Notes under the pieces: generated by a model
Told to the model about the DNA's origin: nothing
What the model saw: only the letters and a program-made list of their open reading frames with translations
Database searches by the model: none
Translations under genes and position numbers: made by a program
DNA from: Paraspadella gotoi
Lineage: Eukaryota; Animalia; Chaetognatha
Reading direction: 5' to 3'
Assembly (NCBI GenBank): GCA_051294375.1
Contig: CM119266.1
Span: forward strand, 7,209,431 to 7,273,430
Length of the DNA: 64,000 bases
Shown: piece after piece, positions 22,747-35,213 of the stretch
Layout of the letters: each line of letters starts with the position of its first letter
Numbering within the stretch: position 1 is the first letter of the stretch

Positions 22747-22784
<38 letters not shown>

Positions 22785-24968
22785 TTTCAATTTCTTTTCA
22801 CAACACTATCTCTGTCCTCACCTTCACCTGTCCCTAATAAAAAACTGAACACTATCCTTTCTCTCAAACTCTGTGTTGGAAACTTTGCTCTGTCTCTCTC
22901 TCTCTCTCTCTTTCTTTATGCACAAAATTCTCTTCAAATTCACAAATTGAATTGGCGCTGAAGAAAGACTCGTATGTGAGTCGAAACATGTCCGTTTCAC
23001 TATGAAATAAAAATCGTTGTTAAATCTCTCTTCAAACTTGTTCTAAATCAAATCACAACGAAACAGAAAGGAAAAACACAAATCTATAATAAAAATGGGA
23101 AATCAAAGGACCTCTTTTAATGAGAAGCTATATCTTAATTTTAATACAAATAAAAAAAATCTTTTACAAGCTATGATAGGAAAAAATTGTAAAAATTTCC
23201 AATTGTAAACAATTGTAACTTTTTTTCCTTTCTTTTATTTCTTTTAAATTATATATAGATTTTTCTTCTTATTTTTGTCAGTTGCTGCCTTTTCTGAACC
23301 CTTTAAAAACGAGTTCAGGCTCTGCAGAGTGACTGTTCAGTTGCCTTCCAGCGCGCTGTCCAGCTTTCTCTCTCTTTTTTTCTCTCTATCTCTGTCTGAC
23401 TCTCTCTTTTTTTTTCTGTCTCTCTCTGTCTCTCTTCTGTTTCTCTCTCTCTCTGTACGATCTCTTGCGTGATCGTTTTTTGAAAAAATTTTGATTATTT
23501 TTTTTCTTTTTAAAACTTTTATTATCGCCATTTTTCCGCGCTTTTCTCCAATGCAAATCCCAAATTTATATCCGAGATTTTCGTGGATTTATTCTCTTTC
23601 TTTCTCTCTTTTTTTCTCTCTCTCTCTCTCTTTCTCTCTTCTCTTTCACTCATACACGCATTTGTTTGTTTTATTTATGATGAATGATTCATGCGTCAAT
23701 GAATGACTATCATCGCATCAATGAATGACTATCATCGTAACAATGAATGATTATCCATTCAACATCAATGCAATGACTATCATTGTTTCGCATCAACCAT
23801 TTGTTATTATCACATCAATCATTGGTTATAATCACATTGATCATTGGTAATCATTGCATCAATTATTGGTTATCATCGATCAATATTTGGTTATCATCGC
23901 ATCAATCCTTTGGTTGTCATCGCATCAATATTTTGGTTATCATTGAAGGGCACNNNNNNNNNNNNNNNNNNNNNNNNNAAAACGATCACGCAAGAGATCG
24001 TACAGAGAGAGAGAGAAACAGAGAGAGACAGAGAGAGACAGAAAAAGAAAGAGAGAGTCAGACAGAGATAGAGAGAAAAAGAGAGAGAAAGCTGGACAGC
24101 CGCTGGAAGGCAACTGAACAGTCACTGCAGAGCCTGAACTCGTTTTTAAAGGGTTCAGAAAAGGCAGCAACTGACAAAAATAAGAAGAAAAATCTATATA
24201 TAATTTAAAGAAATAAAAGAAAGGAAAAAAAGTTACAATTGTTTACAATTGGAAATTTTTACAATTTTTTCCTATCATAGCTTGTAAAAGATTTTTTTTA
24301 TTTGTATTAAAATTAAGATATAGCTTCTCATNNNNNNNNNNNNNNNNNNNNNNNNNNNNNNNNNNNNNNNNNNNNNNNNNNNNNNNNNNNNNNNNNNNNN
24401 NNNNNNNNNNNNNNNNNNNNNNNNNNNNNNNNNNNNNNNNNNNNNNNNNNNNNNNNNNNNNNNNNNNNNNNNNNNGCTTTTAAAGGGTTCAGAAAAGGCA
24501 GCAACTGACAAAAATAAGAAGAAAAATCTATATATAATTTAAAGAAATAAAAGAAAAGGAAAAAAAAGTACAATTGTTTACAATTGGAAATTTTACAATT
24601 TTTTCCTATCATAGCTTGTAAAAGATTTTTTTATTTGTATTAAATTAAGATATAGCTTCTCATTAAAAAGGTCCTTTGAATTTCCCATTTTTATTATAGA
24701 TTTGTGTTTTTCCTTTCTGTTTCGTTTGTGATTTATTTAGAACAAAGTTTGAAGAGAGATTAACAACGATTTTATTTCATAGTGTGAAACGGACATGTTT
24801 CGACTCACATACAGTCTTTCTTCAGCGCCAATTCCATTTGTGAATTTGAAGAGAATTTTGTGTGAGAGAGGAACAGCAACAACAAGAGTTTGAGAGAAAG
24901 GATAGTGTTCAGTTTTTTATTAGGGACAGGTGAAGTGAGGACAGAGATAGTTTGTGAAAAAGAAATTG

Positions 24969-25012
<44 letters not shown>

Positions 25013-28000
25013 TGCTTGAAATAAAATATGAAATGTACAACAATGTTAAAATTTGGTAAACTTTAATAATGAATAATATCAACAATTAGCTACCGTAATA
25101 AATTAGTGAAATGAAATAGAAGTTCAGAAATGTGGAAATATTTATTGTTAGTGAGGGATAGCTAAGTAATTAGGAAAAGGGCTGTCTAGCTTTCTCTCTC
25201 TTTCTGTCTCTTTCTCTTTCTGTATCTTCTCTCTTCTCTCTCTCTCTCTCTCTCTCTCTTTTGAAAATTGTTTTATTTTTCCTTTTAAAAACTTTTATTA
25301 TCGCCATTTATTCCGCGCTTTTTCTTAATGCAAAATCCCAAATTTACATCCGAATTTTCGTGGATTTATTCTCTTTCTTTCTCTCTCTCTCTTTTTCTCT
25401 CTCTCTTTGACTCATACACGCATTTGTTTGTTTTATTTATAATGAATGATTCATTGCGTCAATGAATGACTATCATCGCATCAATGAATGACTATCATTG
25501 TATCAATGAATGATTATCATCACATCAATGAATGACTATCATCGCATCAACCATTTGGTTATTATCACATCAATCATTTGGTTATCATCACATTGATCAT
25601 TTGGTTATCATCGCATCAATTATTGGTTATCATCGCATCAATATTTGGTTATCATCGCATCAATCCTTTGGTTATCATCGCATCAATATTTGGTTATCAT
25701 TGAAGGGAGGCTCCATCCTATTCTTTTAAGATTTTTTTATTAAGGTCTTCTTTTATAATTAACTTGCAAATTGGTTAGAGACGTTTTAATAATAAACAAT
25801 TAAATTAACTGATTGTGCCACGTGATGGACGTCAACGCCAACGTCTCTCGTTTCCAGTCAACGCCATCCTATCAGCTGACGCTCGTGGAGCCCGCCACAA
25901 ACTTACTTGACTAGGTTTTCTTAACTTATTAAACCGGGTCTTCCTAACTTACTTGACCGGATTTTCTCAACTTATTAAATCGGGTCTTCTTAACTTACTT
26001 GACCGAGTCTTGTGTACTTACTTGAAGAGGTCTTCTTGACTTACTTGACAGGGTCTTCTTAATTTACTTGACTGTGTTTTCTTAACTTATTATTTTTGAC
26101 TTACTTGACACGGTCTTTTTAACTTACTTGACCAAGTTTTCTTAACTTATTATGTGGATAAGGCGCTAAGTGGGCAGAAGATGACTATCCGTAACTTCTA
26201 TAACCCCCTCTTGCAGACATGGAACGGGTCCTGGGCTTGGAACCAGGCTTGAGGGTTTGCCATGCCCCCAAGGCGGCTTATGGCCATCCTCACTCTTCCC
26301 GCAGGGCAGGTACCGGGTTCAATCCCAACCCGGTACCTACCCTGTGTGGTCATGAGTGGTCATGAGCTGATGGCTTTACTCAATGAGCCACCGGGTCATA
26401 ACTGAAAGAGTTATGCTTATAGGCGGGGTGAACCTAGGCAATGCCCGACTACAATTATTCTTGACTTACTTGACATGGTCTTCTTAACTTACTTGACCGG
26501 GTCTTCTTAAATCTTAACTTACTTGACTGAGTCTTCATAACTTGAGCGGGGCTTCTTAACTTATTAAACCGGGTCTTCTTAACTTACTTGACAGGCTCTT
26601 ACTTGAAGAGGTCTTCTTAACTTACTTGACAGACTCTTCTGAACTTACTTGAAGAGGTCTTCTTAACTTACTTGACAGGCTCTTACTTGAAGAGGTCTCC
26701 TTAACTTACTTGACAGGGTCTTCTTAATATACTTGATTGGTTCTTTTTTATTTAATTCGTAACTCACCCATCGTCCATGCGTCATAAACGTTGATGCCTG
26801 AGCCAGCGGAGACGCGGAGGGCGAGCGCGCCCGGATTGACGCAGCCGGCTGAAGCTTGAAGGGCTGTTGGTGATGAGAGAAGAGAGAGAGGGGAGAGAGA
26901 CAGAGAGAGGTTGAAAAAGGAGAGAGAGACGGAGTGGAGAAAAAGAGAGTGTAGAGTGAGATAGATCGCCAAAGAGGCGAAAGAAAAAAATAAAAGGAAA
27001 AAGAGAATAATAAAAAGAGAGACATTTTTAGTCAGATCTGCTTATCAGCAGATCCCGGACTCTATAATTCACTTGTCGGTCCGTCGGTCCACCCCCTCAA
27101 TCTTTGTTGGGCATTCACTTATATCATGTCAGAACATCGAATTATGATAATTATGCAAAAAAAATGATGGATGTCCATCCGTGGAAATGACTTTAAATGG
27201 AAAAAACAAAGAAATATATTTTACTATTTGAACACCAATTACTCATCAGTAGATATATGTTAGTAGANNNNNNNNNNTATTTGAACACCAATTACTCATC
27301 AGTGGATATATGTTAGTAGAAAAGTGTGTGATTAAGCTGGAAATCAAGTTTCGATGGAATCGTTTGAGTGAAAATGAGTTTAAAAGGAACAAGTTTGAGC
27401 CGGATGTACCCACAATAATTAATTAATTAATTAATTAAATAATTAATATATTTTTTTTATGATGTATTAATTAATTAATTAATTAATTAAATAATTAATA
27501 TATTTTTTTTTATTCGTGTCAAAATTATTTTCACTTTGTCTCGCCTCTCAATCTTGATCACAAAATTAATTAATTAATGCAGCTTGAATTTATATTTAAT
27601 ATAAAAAAAAAGAAAGCATAATCAAATAGTGAAATAGATTGTTTGTTATTTCCCTTTTAACTCATTTCCACTTGGACAATTCCATCGAAACTTTATTCCC
27701 TGCTCAATCACACACTTCCCTCCCCACATACAAAATTTGAAGTCAATCGCCCCATTCACTCAGTAAAATATTCTTTTTGGTTTTTTTCATTTTAACTCAT
27801 TTCCACTCAGACGATTCCATCAAAACTTGATTTCCAGCTCGATCACACACTTTCATACCCACACACAAAAATTCATTCCAATCCATCCATAAAATCATGA
27901 GTGATTGGTGTTTTTTGCTAAGGTGGGACGGATGGACAGACAGACGGACGAACATAATTTTTTTTGCATAATTTATCATAATTCGATGTTCTGACATGAT

Positions 28001-28497
28001 ATAAGTGAATGCCCGACAAGATTGGGGGGGCGAACCGACAGACCGTAAGCAGATCCGGCTAAAAAACAAAAAAACTGTTTCACTAATTGATTATGCTTCT
28101 TTTTCTTTTTTTTTCTTTTTCTTTTATATTAAATGTAAATGCAAGATGCATTAATTTATTAAATAATTAATCAGTTAATAAATCAATCAATTGATTATTC
28201 AATCAATCAATTTATTTATATATTAATTAATTATTTAATCAATCAATCAAGTCAATTGTTATTGGCATTATTCTCATCGTCGTCATTGCTTTTGTCGTGG
28301 TTAGTGATGAAAAGACCTTAAAACAAACAATTCGGATCAAATTAATTAATTAATTGCCTAATTAATTACCGATAATGATCGTGGGCAGATCCGACATTGT
28401 TTGCACAAACTTGTTTGAGTGTAAATTAGATAAAATTGTTTTTTTTACCTTGATTGCCCAACAAGAAGACAAGGACTAAAATTAGATATGATTTCAT
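19310..28497 (-). CDS. Secreted uncharacterised protein, paralogue 3 (5 exons, about 224 aa, intact)
   Basis: Exons 28497-28449 (MKSYLILVLVFLLGNQ), 26863-26768 (LQASAGCVNPGALALRVSAGSGINVYDAWTM), 20383-20250 (..FEGGWINKALLNQWK..), 19785-19535 (VRFTMWKAGKPVVDILFDGKGSNSDSWF..RHFYVNQKYGGCTKDYGYFFISD), 19454-19310 (GNDPCQ..YPVFFYS..GMADTVTITVL*). Same intron phases as paralogues 1 and 2; exon 4 is 251 nt in all three. Confidence 0.88.
22080..23953. mobile_element. Foldback-like element with long TIRs built from a 23-bp tandem unit
   Basis: Left arm CCCTTCAATGATAACCAAA.. with (GATGATAACCAAATGATTGATGC)n and right arm ..TTGGTTATCATTGAAGGG, each about 420-470 bp; a partial copy at about 2180-2440. 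Confidence 0.6.
22951..23000 (+). ncRNA. Minimal type I hammerhead ribozyme in a Penelope pseudo-LTR
   Basis: CTGAAGA (22958-22964), stem II GACTC/GAGTC, GAAA (22983-22986), palindromic ACATGT and GTC cleavage triplet. Mirror copy on the - strand at 24785-24832. Confidence 0.7.
25900..26740. repeat. About 22-bp satellite (GTCTTCTTAACTTACTTGACNG)n, interrupted by a solo LTR
   Basis: More than 20 degenerate units; inverted copy at 21255-21895 and a short array at 20745-20825. Confidence 0.9.
26153..26453 (+). mobile_element. Solo LTR with 4-bp TSD ATTA
   Basis: ATTA|TGTGGATAAG..CCCGACTACA|ATTA; TG..CA termini. A 4-bp TSD is compatible with Ty3/Gypsy. Confidence 0.8.
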
Positions 28498-30928
28498 TTT
28501 GGAATAATTCTTTGAAGTTAAGTTGAAACTTTTTCAAAGGGATCGTTCAAATAGACTTGAAACTTCTTTTTATGCACATATTTAAAATAAATGTTGAAAT
28601 ACAATTTTATTTTGGTAATAATTGACTGATTGAATCTTTGAAAATATATATATATCTCTCTCTCTCTCTCTCTCTTAACGATTTTGGATTTCGATCATAA
28701 TTTCGCTCATAATCTTAACTGAAGGTACAGGGTAGGGATTAAAAACTTAGAAAATCCGTATCACTTCTTCTTTTTTTTACTTTATGACGTATTGTGTGTA
28801 TTAAAATAAAAAAAATTGAATTGAAGATACTTAACCAGACCAAATTCAGAAAGCCGAGCTCCTGGCGATTCCGAAAATGTATTCACTTTAAACATTTGAT
28901 GCATTCTACCCCATTTTATATCGGTTTTAATTATAATATAAAATCTGAAGAGTTGCAGGTCAAACGAAAAGACCAATCCATCTGATATTTTTATGAATTT
29001 TATTTACTGAATTAAAAATGTAATAGAGAGACATTTTTAAATTTCAAACTTGTATCCTTGAAATGAAACGTTTTTAAACTAACCCTGAATCTTTCTAACT
29101 GGAACGCGTTTATCAAAATGTCTCTCTATTACATTTTACAAATGTTTTTAATATTGCTAATCAAATTTTTAATTCAATATTATTGCAGTCATTTAGGCTG
29201 CAACTCTTCAAATTCAGGTAGATCACTTGTTAGCTCGAATTTCTTACCATCTATTTAAACTTGAAGATTGTCATGACTGGAAAAACCAACGGAGTAACGA
29301 GATTTAATTGTTAATTCTCCCCTTCTAAACCATCCAACCCATACGCGTTGTTTTACTTACTTAACTAGAAATTTTTTAACAACCCAGATTGGAAAAACAT
29401 AATCTTAATAAAATGTTGCTTACCCATTAACTTAAACAATTTTGTATTTACCCATTAAAAAAATGATTAAAAACAGATCGTTTACATATAAATAAAACTT
29501 TTTTTTTGTGTGTAACTGATATGATAATAATTATTTCTCGATATTATTAGCTCTATACATCAATGATTACGTAATTGTTATGCTGAATGACCTTTCCTCT
29601 TAAGAAAAAAAATAAATTTTTGCAGCATCTTAAAATTGCTTTTTCATAATCAAGGATAAAAATAACTTCTCAAAATGCTGCAGCTTAATGGCCATAGGGT
29701 AATAAAGATAACATGTCCCAGTAAACCTTTCTAAATTGAGTTCATTTGCTCTCTTTAGAATTTTCCTTTTTTCATATAAAGGTGCTTCCAGCACGGATAT
29801 TGTTGGTTTTGGGCATGCTACAATTGTTGCTTATATATGGCTCTAATCGACTGGGCTTTGGTGCTCGGTTTCCCGACCTAGAATACTAGTTATTCCTATT
29901 CTTAATAACCTTCTTAATTATATAACATACTACTAGGGAATGTTAACATATTCTAGTAGTGGTTTTAAGCTGAAATACGGCGCGGAGAAAATTCAACCAA
30001 CGTTGCATTCTCGGTACCATGGTTCGAGTATGAAAAAAATAAAACCTCTATCAGAGAGATAAAACATCAGTGATTATTTTGATGTATTATAAAATAAAAT
30101 TTAATATTTTTTTGCCATTGAAATCTAATGGTAAATTCTATTCTAAGTTTTGATTCACTACCCTGTAGATTAATATTTTTTTTCTTCATATTTTAGGGAA
30201 TTTCAATTTTATTTGATATTGAATTTTGAATATTTTAACTTTGAAGAAAAAGGAGAATGCAAAGCAACTCCCTTCAGTAGATATTTTTACTTTTTGACTA
30301 ATTGAGATTATTTTTAATGCTTTTTTATTAACAAATTCTAAAAAAGCACAGGAAACACTGCCCGTAAAGCTTTAAAAGTTTAATTAATTTCTGTGGAATA
30401 TCATGAGAGAGAGACGTAATAATGCAATGAGCATTAAGGCGTAGTAAAATTCCTAAGTTTAACTTTAATTNNNNNNNNNNNNNNNNNNNNNNNNNGAGAG
30501 AGAAAATTCAACCAACGTTCATTCTCCTCACATCGGTTCGGAGTTATTTGAAAAAAAAAATAAACCTCTATCAGAGAGAATAAAACATCAGTGATTATTT
30601 TGATGTATTATAAAATTAAAATTAATATTTTTTTGCCATTGAAATCTATGGTGTAAATTCTATTTCTAAGTTTTGATTCACTACCTGTAGATTAATATTT
30701 TTTTTCTTCATATTTTTAGGGAATTTCAATTTTATATTGATATTGAATTTTGAATATTTTAACTTTGAAGAAAAAGGAGAATGCAAAGCAACTCCCTTCA
30801 GTAGATATTTTACTTTTTGACAATTGAGATTATTTTTAATGCTTTTTTATTAAGCTTTTAAAGTTTTAATTAATTTCTGTGGGATAATCATGAGGAGAGA
30901 GAGACGTAATATATGCAATGAGCATATA

Positions 30929-31545
30929 AGGCGTAGTAAAATTCCTAGTTTAACTTTAATTAATAATCTAAAAGTGAGGAACGGAATAACATATACTTAT
31001 TGTATTATAAAAATTTATAATTAAATTTTACAATTTTACGCAGTAGGCAATATTTTGATATCACTAGTACTTAAACCAATAAATGTTAAAATTTTTCAAA
31101 ACAAGTTTTTTCTAAGATTTTTTTGCTAGATATTTGGATTCGTCATAAAAAGTTGATAGAAAAGAAATATAACTACTTTTTTTGAAAAAATTCTTCATTA
31201 AGTGGGTCAAAAATTAGAAAAAGCTAATATTTTAAGCGTGAAAATTAACTTTTTACATATTTAATATAGTTTTTTAATTTTTAACCTACTTAATGAAAGA
31301 ATTTTTAAAATGAATTATATTTTCTTTTATCAAACTTTTGACGAGGAATTTCAAATCTGTCAATCAAAAATTAAGAAATCCTATTTGAAATTTTTCGATT
31401 TTATAAGGATAGTACTATATATAATATAGCCTACTGCGAAAATAAAAAACATAAAATTATTTTTTTTTACAAATTAATGTTCACTGATGGTATGTTGTTC
31501 ATAATTGACTTTTAGAAATTTTCGTATGTAACTTTCACTACGCCT
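30929..31545. mobile_element. AGGCGTAGT-TIR MITE copy (indel-rich)
   Basis: TA|AGGCGTAGTAAAA..TTTCACTACGCCT|TA. Confidence 0.8.
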
Positions 31546-31924
31546 TATTGAGTAATGCAAATTCGATAGGATCCTTTTAAAGTTACATCCGGCAATGATT
31601 TTATGACAATTAAAAAGAAATAGATATTTACATGTCTCTTAACCTTTTAAAACAAATTTTATTTATAAACAGTTACATTTCATCAGCGATCAATTGTCAC
31701 GCACATTGTATTTCAATTTCGAATAAATAGGAATATTTTATTATTTTCGACATTTAATTCTTTCATATAAATACAATAGAAAATTGAAATAGATAATGGC
31801 ACGTAATATTTCTTATTTTATGTTTTTTATTTTTTTGGTCCCACTCAAATCAAAACCAAGAATGTTTTAATTTTCAAATAATTTTTTAATAATTTGAACA
31901 TCAAGATAATATTGACAATAATCG

Positions 31925-32480
31925 TTATCAGCAGATCCCGACTCTATATTATAATTCACTTTGTCGGTCAGTAGGTCCGCCCCCTCAATCTTGTCAGGCA
32001 TTCACTTATATCATGTCAGAACATCGAATTATGATAAATTATGCAAAAAAATGTCTGTCTGTCCATCTGTCTTTCCGTATGTCTGTCTGTCCGTCCGTCC
32101 CATCTTAGCAAAAAACACCAATTACTCGTGATTGAATGGATGGATTGAAATGAAATTTTGTGTGTGGGTAGGGAAGTGTGTGATTGAGCTGGATATGAAG
32201 TTTCAATGGAATCGTCTTAGTGAAAATGAGTTTAAATGGCAAAAACAAAAACCTGTTTCACTAATTGATTATGCTTATTTTTTTTATAGATGTATTAATT
32301 AATCAAATAATTAATCAGTTAATTAATCAATTAGGTACTAATTAATCAATACAAACATTTCGGATCAAATTAATTAATTGCCTAATTAATTAACTTAAAT
32401 TAATTAATTATTAATTAATTATTAATTAATTACCGATAATGATCGTGGGCAGATCCGACATTGTTTGCTCAAACTTGTTT
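31925..32480 (+). mobile_element. HINE/DINE-1-like element copy
   Basis: Same blocks as 10409-11115, including (GTCY)n and the GCAGATCCGACATTGTTTGCTCAAACTTGTT end. Confidence 0.75.
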
Positions 32481-32667
32481 TTTTAAATGTTTGTGAATCA
32501 ACTCCCGTTTATTAAAGTTGAATCTTCAACCAGATTTTTCTACCAAAATCATTTCCTTTTTGCTCAGACATTTTTTGCCTTTTTCCACTTTCGACTCCAA
32601 ATTCCCCCAACGCGTAATAAAACTCAATCAGAGGATTTTCGTGTCGGGGAAGAAGCTTTTTTGGCCA

Positions 32668-32945
32668 GAGGCGGCGCTCAGGCAAGAGAGCATGCTTTGG
32701 CTTGTGACGGTTTTTTTGGCACTCGGCGGTGCTAAGGCAAAAGCGCATGTTTTGGCTAGTGACTTTTTTTTGGCTAGTGGCGGCGCTCAGGCAAAAGCGC
32801 ATGTTTTGACTAGTGATGGTTTTTTTGGCCAGTGGCGGCGCTCAGGCAAGAGCGTGTGTTTTGGCTAGTTATGGTTTTTTTGGCTAGCGGCGGCGCTCAG
32901 GCAAAGGCGCATGTTTTGGCAAGTGACGGTTTTTTTGCGGCGTCC
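32668..32945. repeat. GC-rich minisatellite of about 54-56 bp (5 units)
   Basis: Unit approximately GGCGGCGCTCAGGCAAAAGCGCATGTTTTGGCTAGTGACGGTTTTTTTGGCTAGT. Confidence 0.85.
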
Positions 32946-33374
32946 AAGAGAGAGAGAGACAGCAACTCTTTTTTTGGGCCATTGATTGATGACATAGCTG
33001 CCGGCGGTGTCGCTTTGGCCTCTGGCTGCGCTGATGGCTTCAAGAAGCGCTGTGGGATTTTGGGGCAAAAGGGATAAAGCAGACGAAATGCAATGGCGCC
33101 AGTAGAATTTTATGGGCGCTGAGACCAATTTCGTTTTTTGTATTTATACAATACATGTTAATTGTTGATTGACTTAAGCTTCGGAAGTTAAGCTTTGTTC
33201 ATTTGTTTATTAAAAATTTTATCTCCGTTCACTGTGAGGATGATGTTTGCTCGCAACTCGAAGAGGAACATCTGGCGTTTTGACTTTAAACAAACTAACG
33301 CGGCCTTCTCTTTTTTCTTTCCTTCATTTTAAAAAAAATTGAAAACAAATGTTTATGCTTTTTTTAGCTTTTAA

Positions 33375-33391
33375 TAATGATATTATTATTA

Positions 33392-33477
<86 letters not shown>

Positions 33478-33480
33478 GTT

Positions 33481-33529
<49 letters not shown>

Positions 33530-33540
33530 TATTATTATTT
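33375..33540. repeat. (TAT)n microsatellite
   Basis: Read directly; explains the poly-I and poly-L ORFs. Confidence 0.95.
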
Positions 33541-34075
33541 ATTCTTCATCTCTTCTTTTATTTTCGTTTATCTTTTCTTCTTTCATTTCTCTTTTCTTCA
33601 CTCTATCTCTCGATTCTCAATCGCGGATAAAATAAAGAAAATCGACGAAGAAAACCGAGTTAGGGGTCACGTGACTTTTTTTTCCACGCGAAAACAAAAT
33701 AACAAAATAATCTCATATTTTGTGGGTTTTTTCGGGAAGATATTTGAGGCTGACAATGTTCTTAGTTGTTTAGGTATGTAAATAGGTTTTTCCAAAATTT
33801 TTTAAATATTTTTCTTTGGTTTTTATTTAAATTTTTAAAGAGAAAAACAAAACCAATAAACAAAATAAAATAAAACAAAAAACAGACCATACAATACAAA
33901 TGCCGACACACAAAGAAACCTTTAGAATTCCTCCCAATCTCACAGGAATGACAACAACAACGTTCAAATGTTTCCAAAACGATATTTTTTTCTCCATTTT
34001 TTTAAAAAAATCACTGATGGCGGAAAATTGGGACATTTGTCCTCTTTGTCGACGTTTCCCGTCGATTTCAAACTC

Positions 34076-34156
<81 letters not shown>

Positions 34157-34276
34157 CTCTCTCTCGTCTCTCTCTCGCTATAGTTCCATCCCCAAAGGGC
34201 CACAAGAATTCTCTTAGACTCCATTACCTTTTTTGCAAAAAAAAAAAAAAAAAAAAAAAAAAATACGAAGCTTTAA

Positions 34277-35154
34277 GGGGACCCAGTGATAAAAATGATA
34301 TCATAAGCTTAAGGTCTATCATCAAAGGAATTTGAATGGTGATAGTCATTAATTTTTCTTGCACGGGAAAGTGGCAAAAAAATTCCTATCTCTTATCTAG
34401 CGGAAACAAAAATTTAATAATTATGAAAAAAAAAATTAGTTGACCCTACCTAATATTTATATAATCCATTATTTTATTTTTGCATTAGAAAGTATTTTTT
34501 ACTAAATTCCAATTTTTTATTTTTTACTGTACAAAGCTATAATTTTAGGTTTAAGCCTCATTGAACAAAGGCTTTACAAGAATATTTTTTTATTTTTATA
34601 TTTACTTAAAAGCAGATAAATCAAACCTAAATTTTATTCTTACAGAAACAAAACTGTAATAATTATTAATTAATATTCATATTCATCCCTTAAATGTATA
34701 ATTAAACTATATTGATTCCTAATTATAACAATTAAAAATTTAGCAAAAGTACAGAATCTTTCTCTTCTTTTTTATTTATATTACTTCAAAGAGTTTTATT
34801 TTCATCAAATTAACAGAATCATTTGAAAAGAAAGTTTAAATAAAATCAGTCGATACCTTAAATTTTGATTTCATTCCTAGTTTTTTTTCTTATAAATTTT
34901 TGTGATAAAAGCAGAAAATCTTTTTAAAATTAGATCTTACCCTTTTTTGGAAAAAAAAAATTTTATAAACTTGAAAAAGATTTTCTTCTTACCGATATTT
35001 TTAAAGAAAATTAAGGCTCGCTGATTTTATCGAATTTTTTAACTACTTTCCCAAATGATTATGAGAAAAAAAATTATATGATCAGAACCAGCTTAAGTTA
35101 AAGGGTCAAACGTTATGTTTTCAGCTTTTTACCCCCCCTGTTCACTTGGTCCCC
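34277..35154. mobile_element. Non-autonomous DNA transposon with TTAA target duplication and GG termini (Kolobok-like)
   Basis: TTAA|GGGGACCCAGTGA..TCACTTGGTCCCC|TTAA: a 13-bp TIR with 1 mismatch. Confidence 0.75.
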
Positions 35155-35173
35155 TTAAGCAAGGGCCATCTCT

Positions 35174-35213
<40 letters not shown>

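Larger units (their letters stand above)
21250..26549. repeat. Large inverted duplication centred on N-gaps
   Basis: 24476-26549 is the reverse complement of about 21250-23308, and 23979-24331 of about 23120-23480; the arms differ mostly by 1-nt indels. Confidence 0.85.

Noticed and set aside
29985-30960. Tandem duplication of about 480 bp
   Set aside because: The two copies flank an N-gap and differ by scattered 1-2 nt indels, typical of an unmerged contig overlap.
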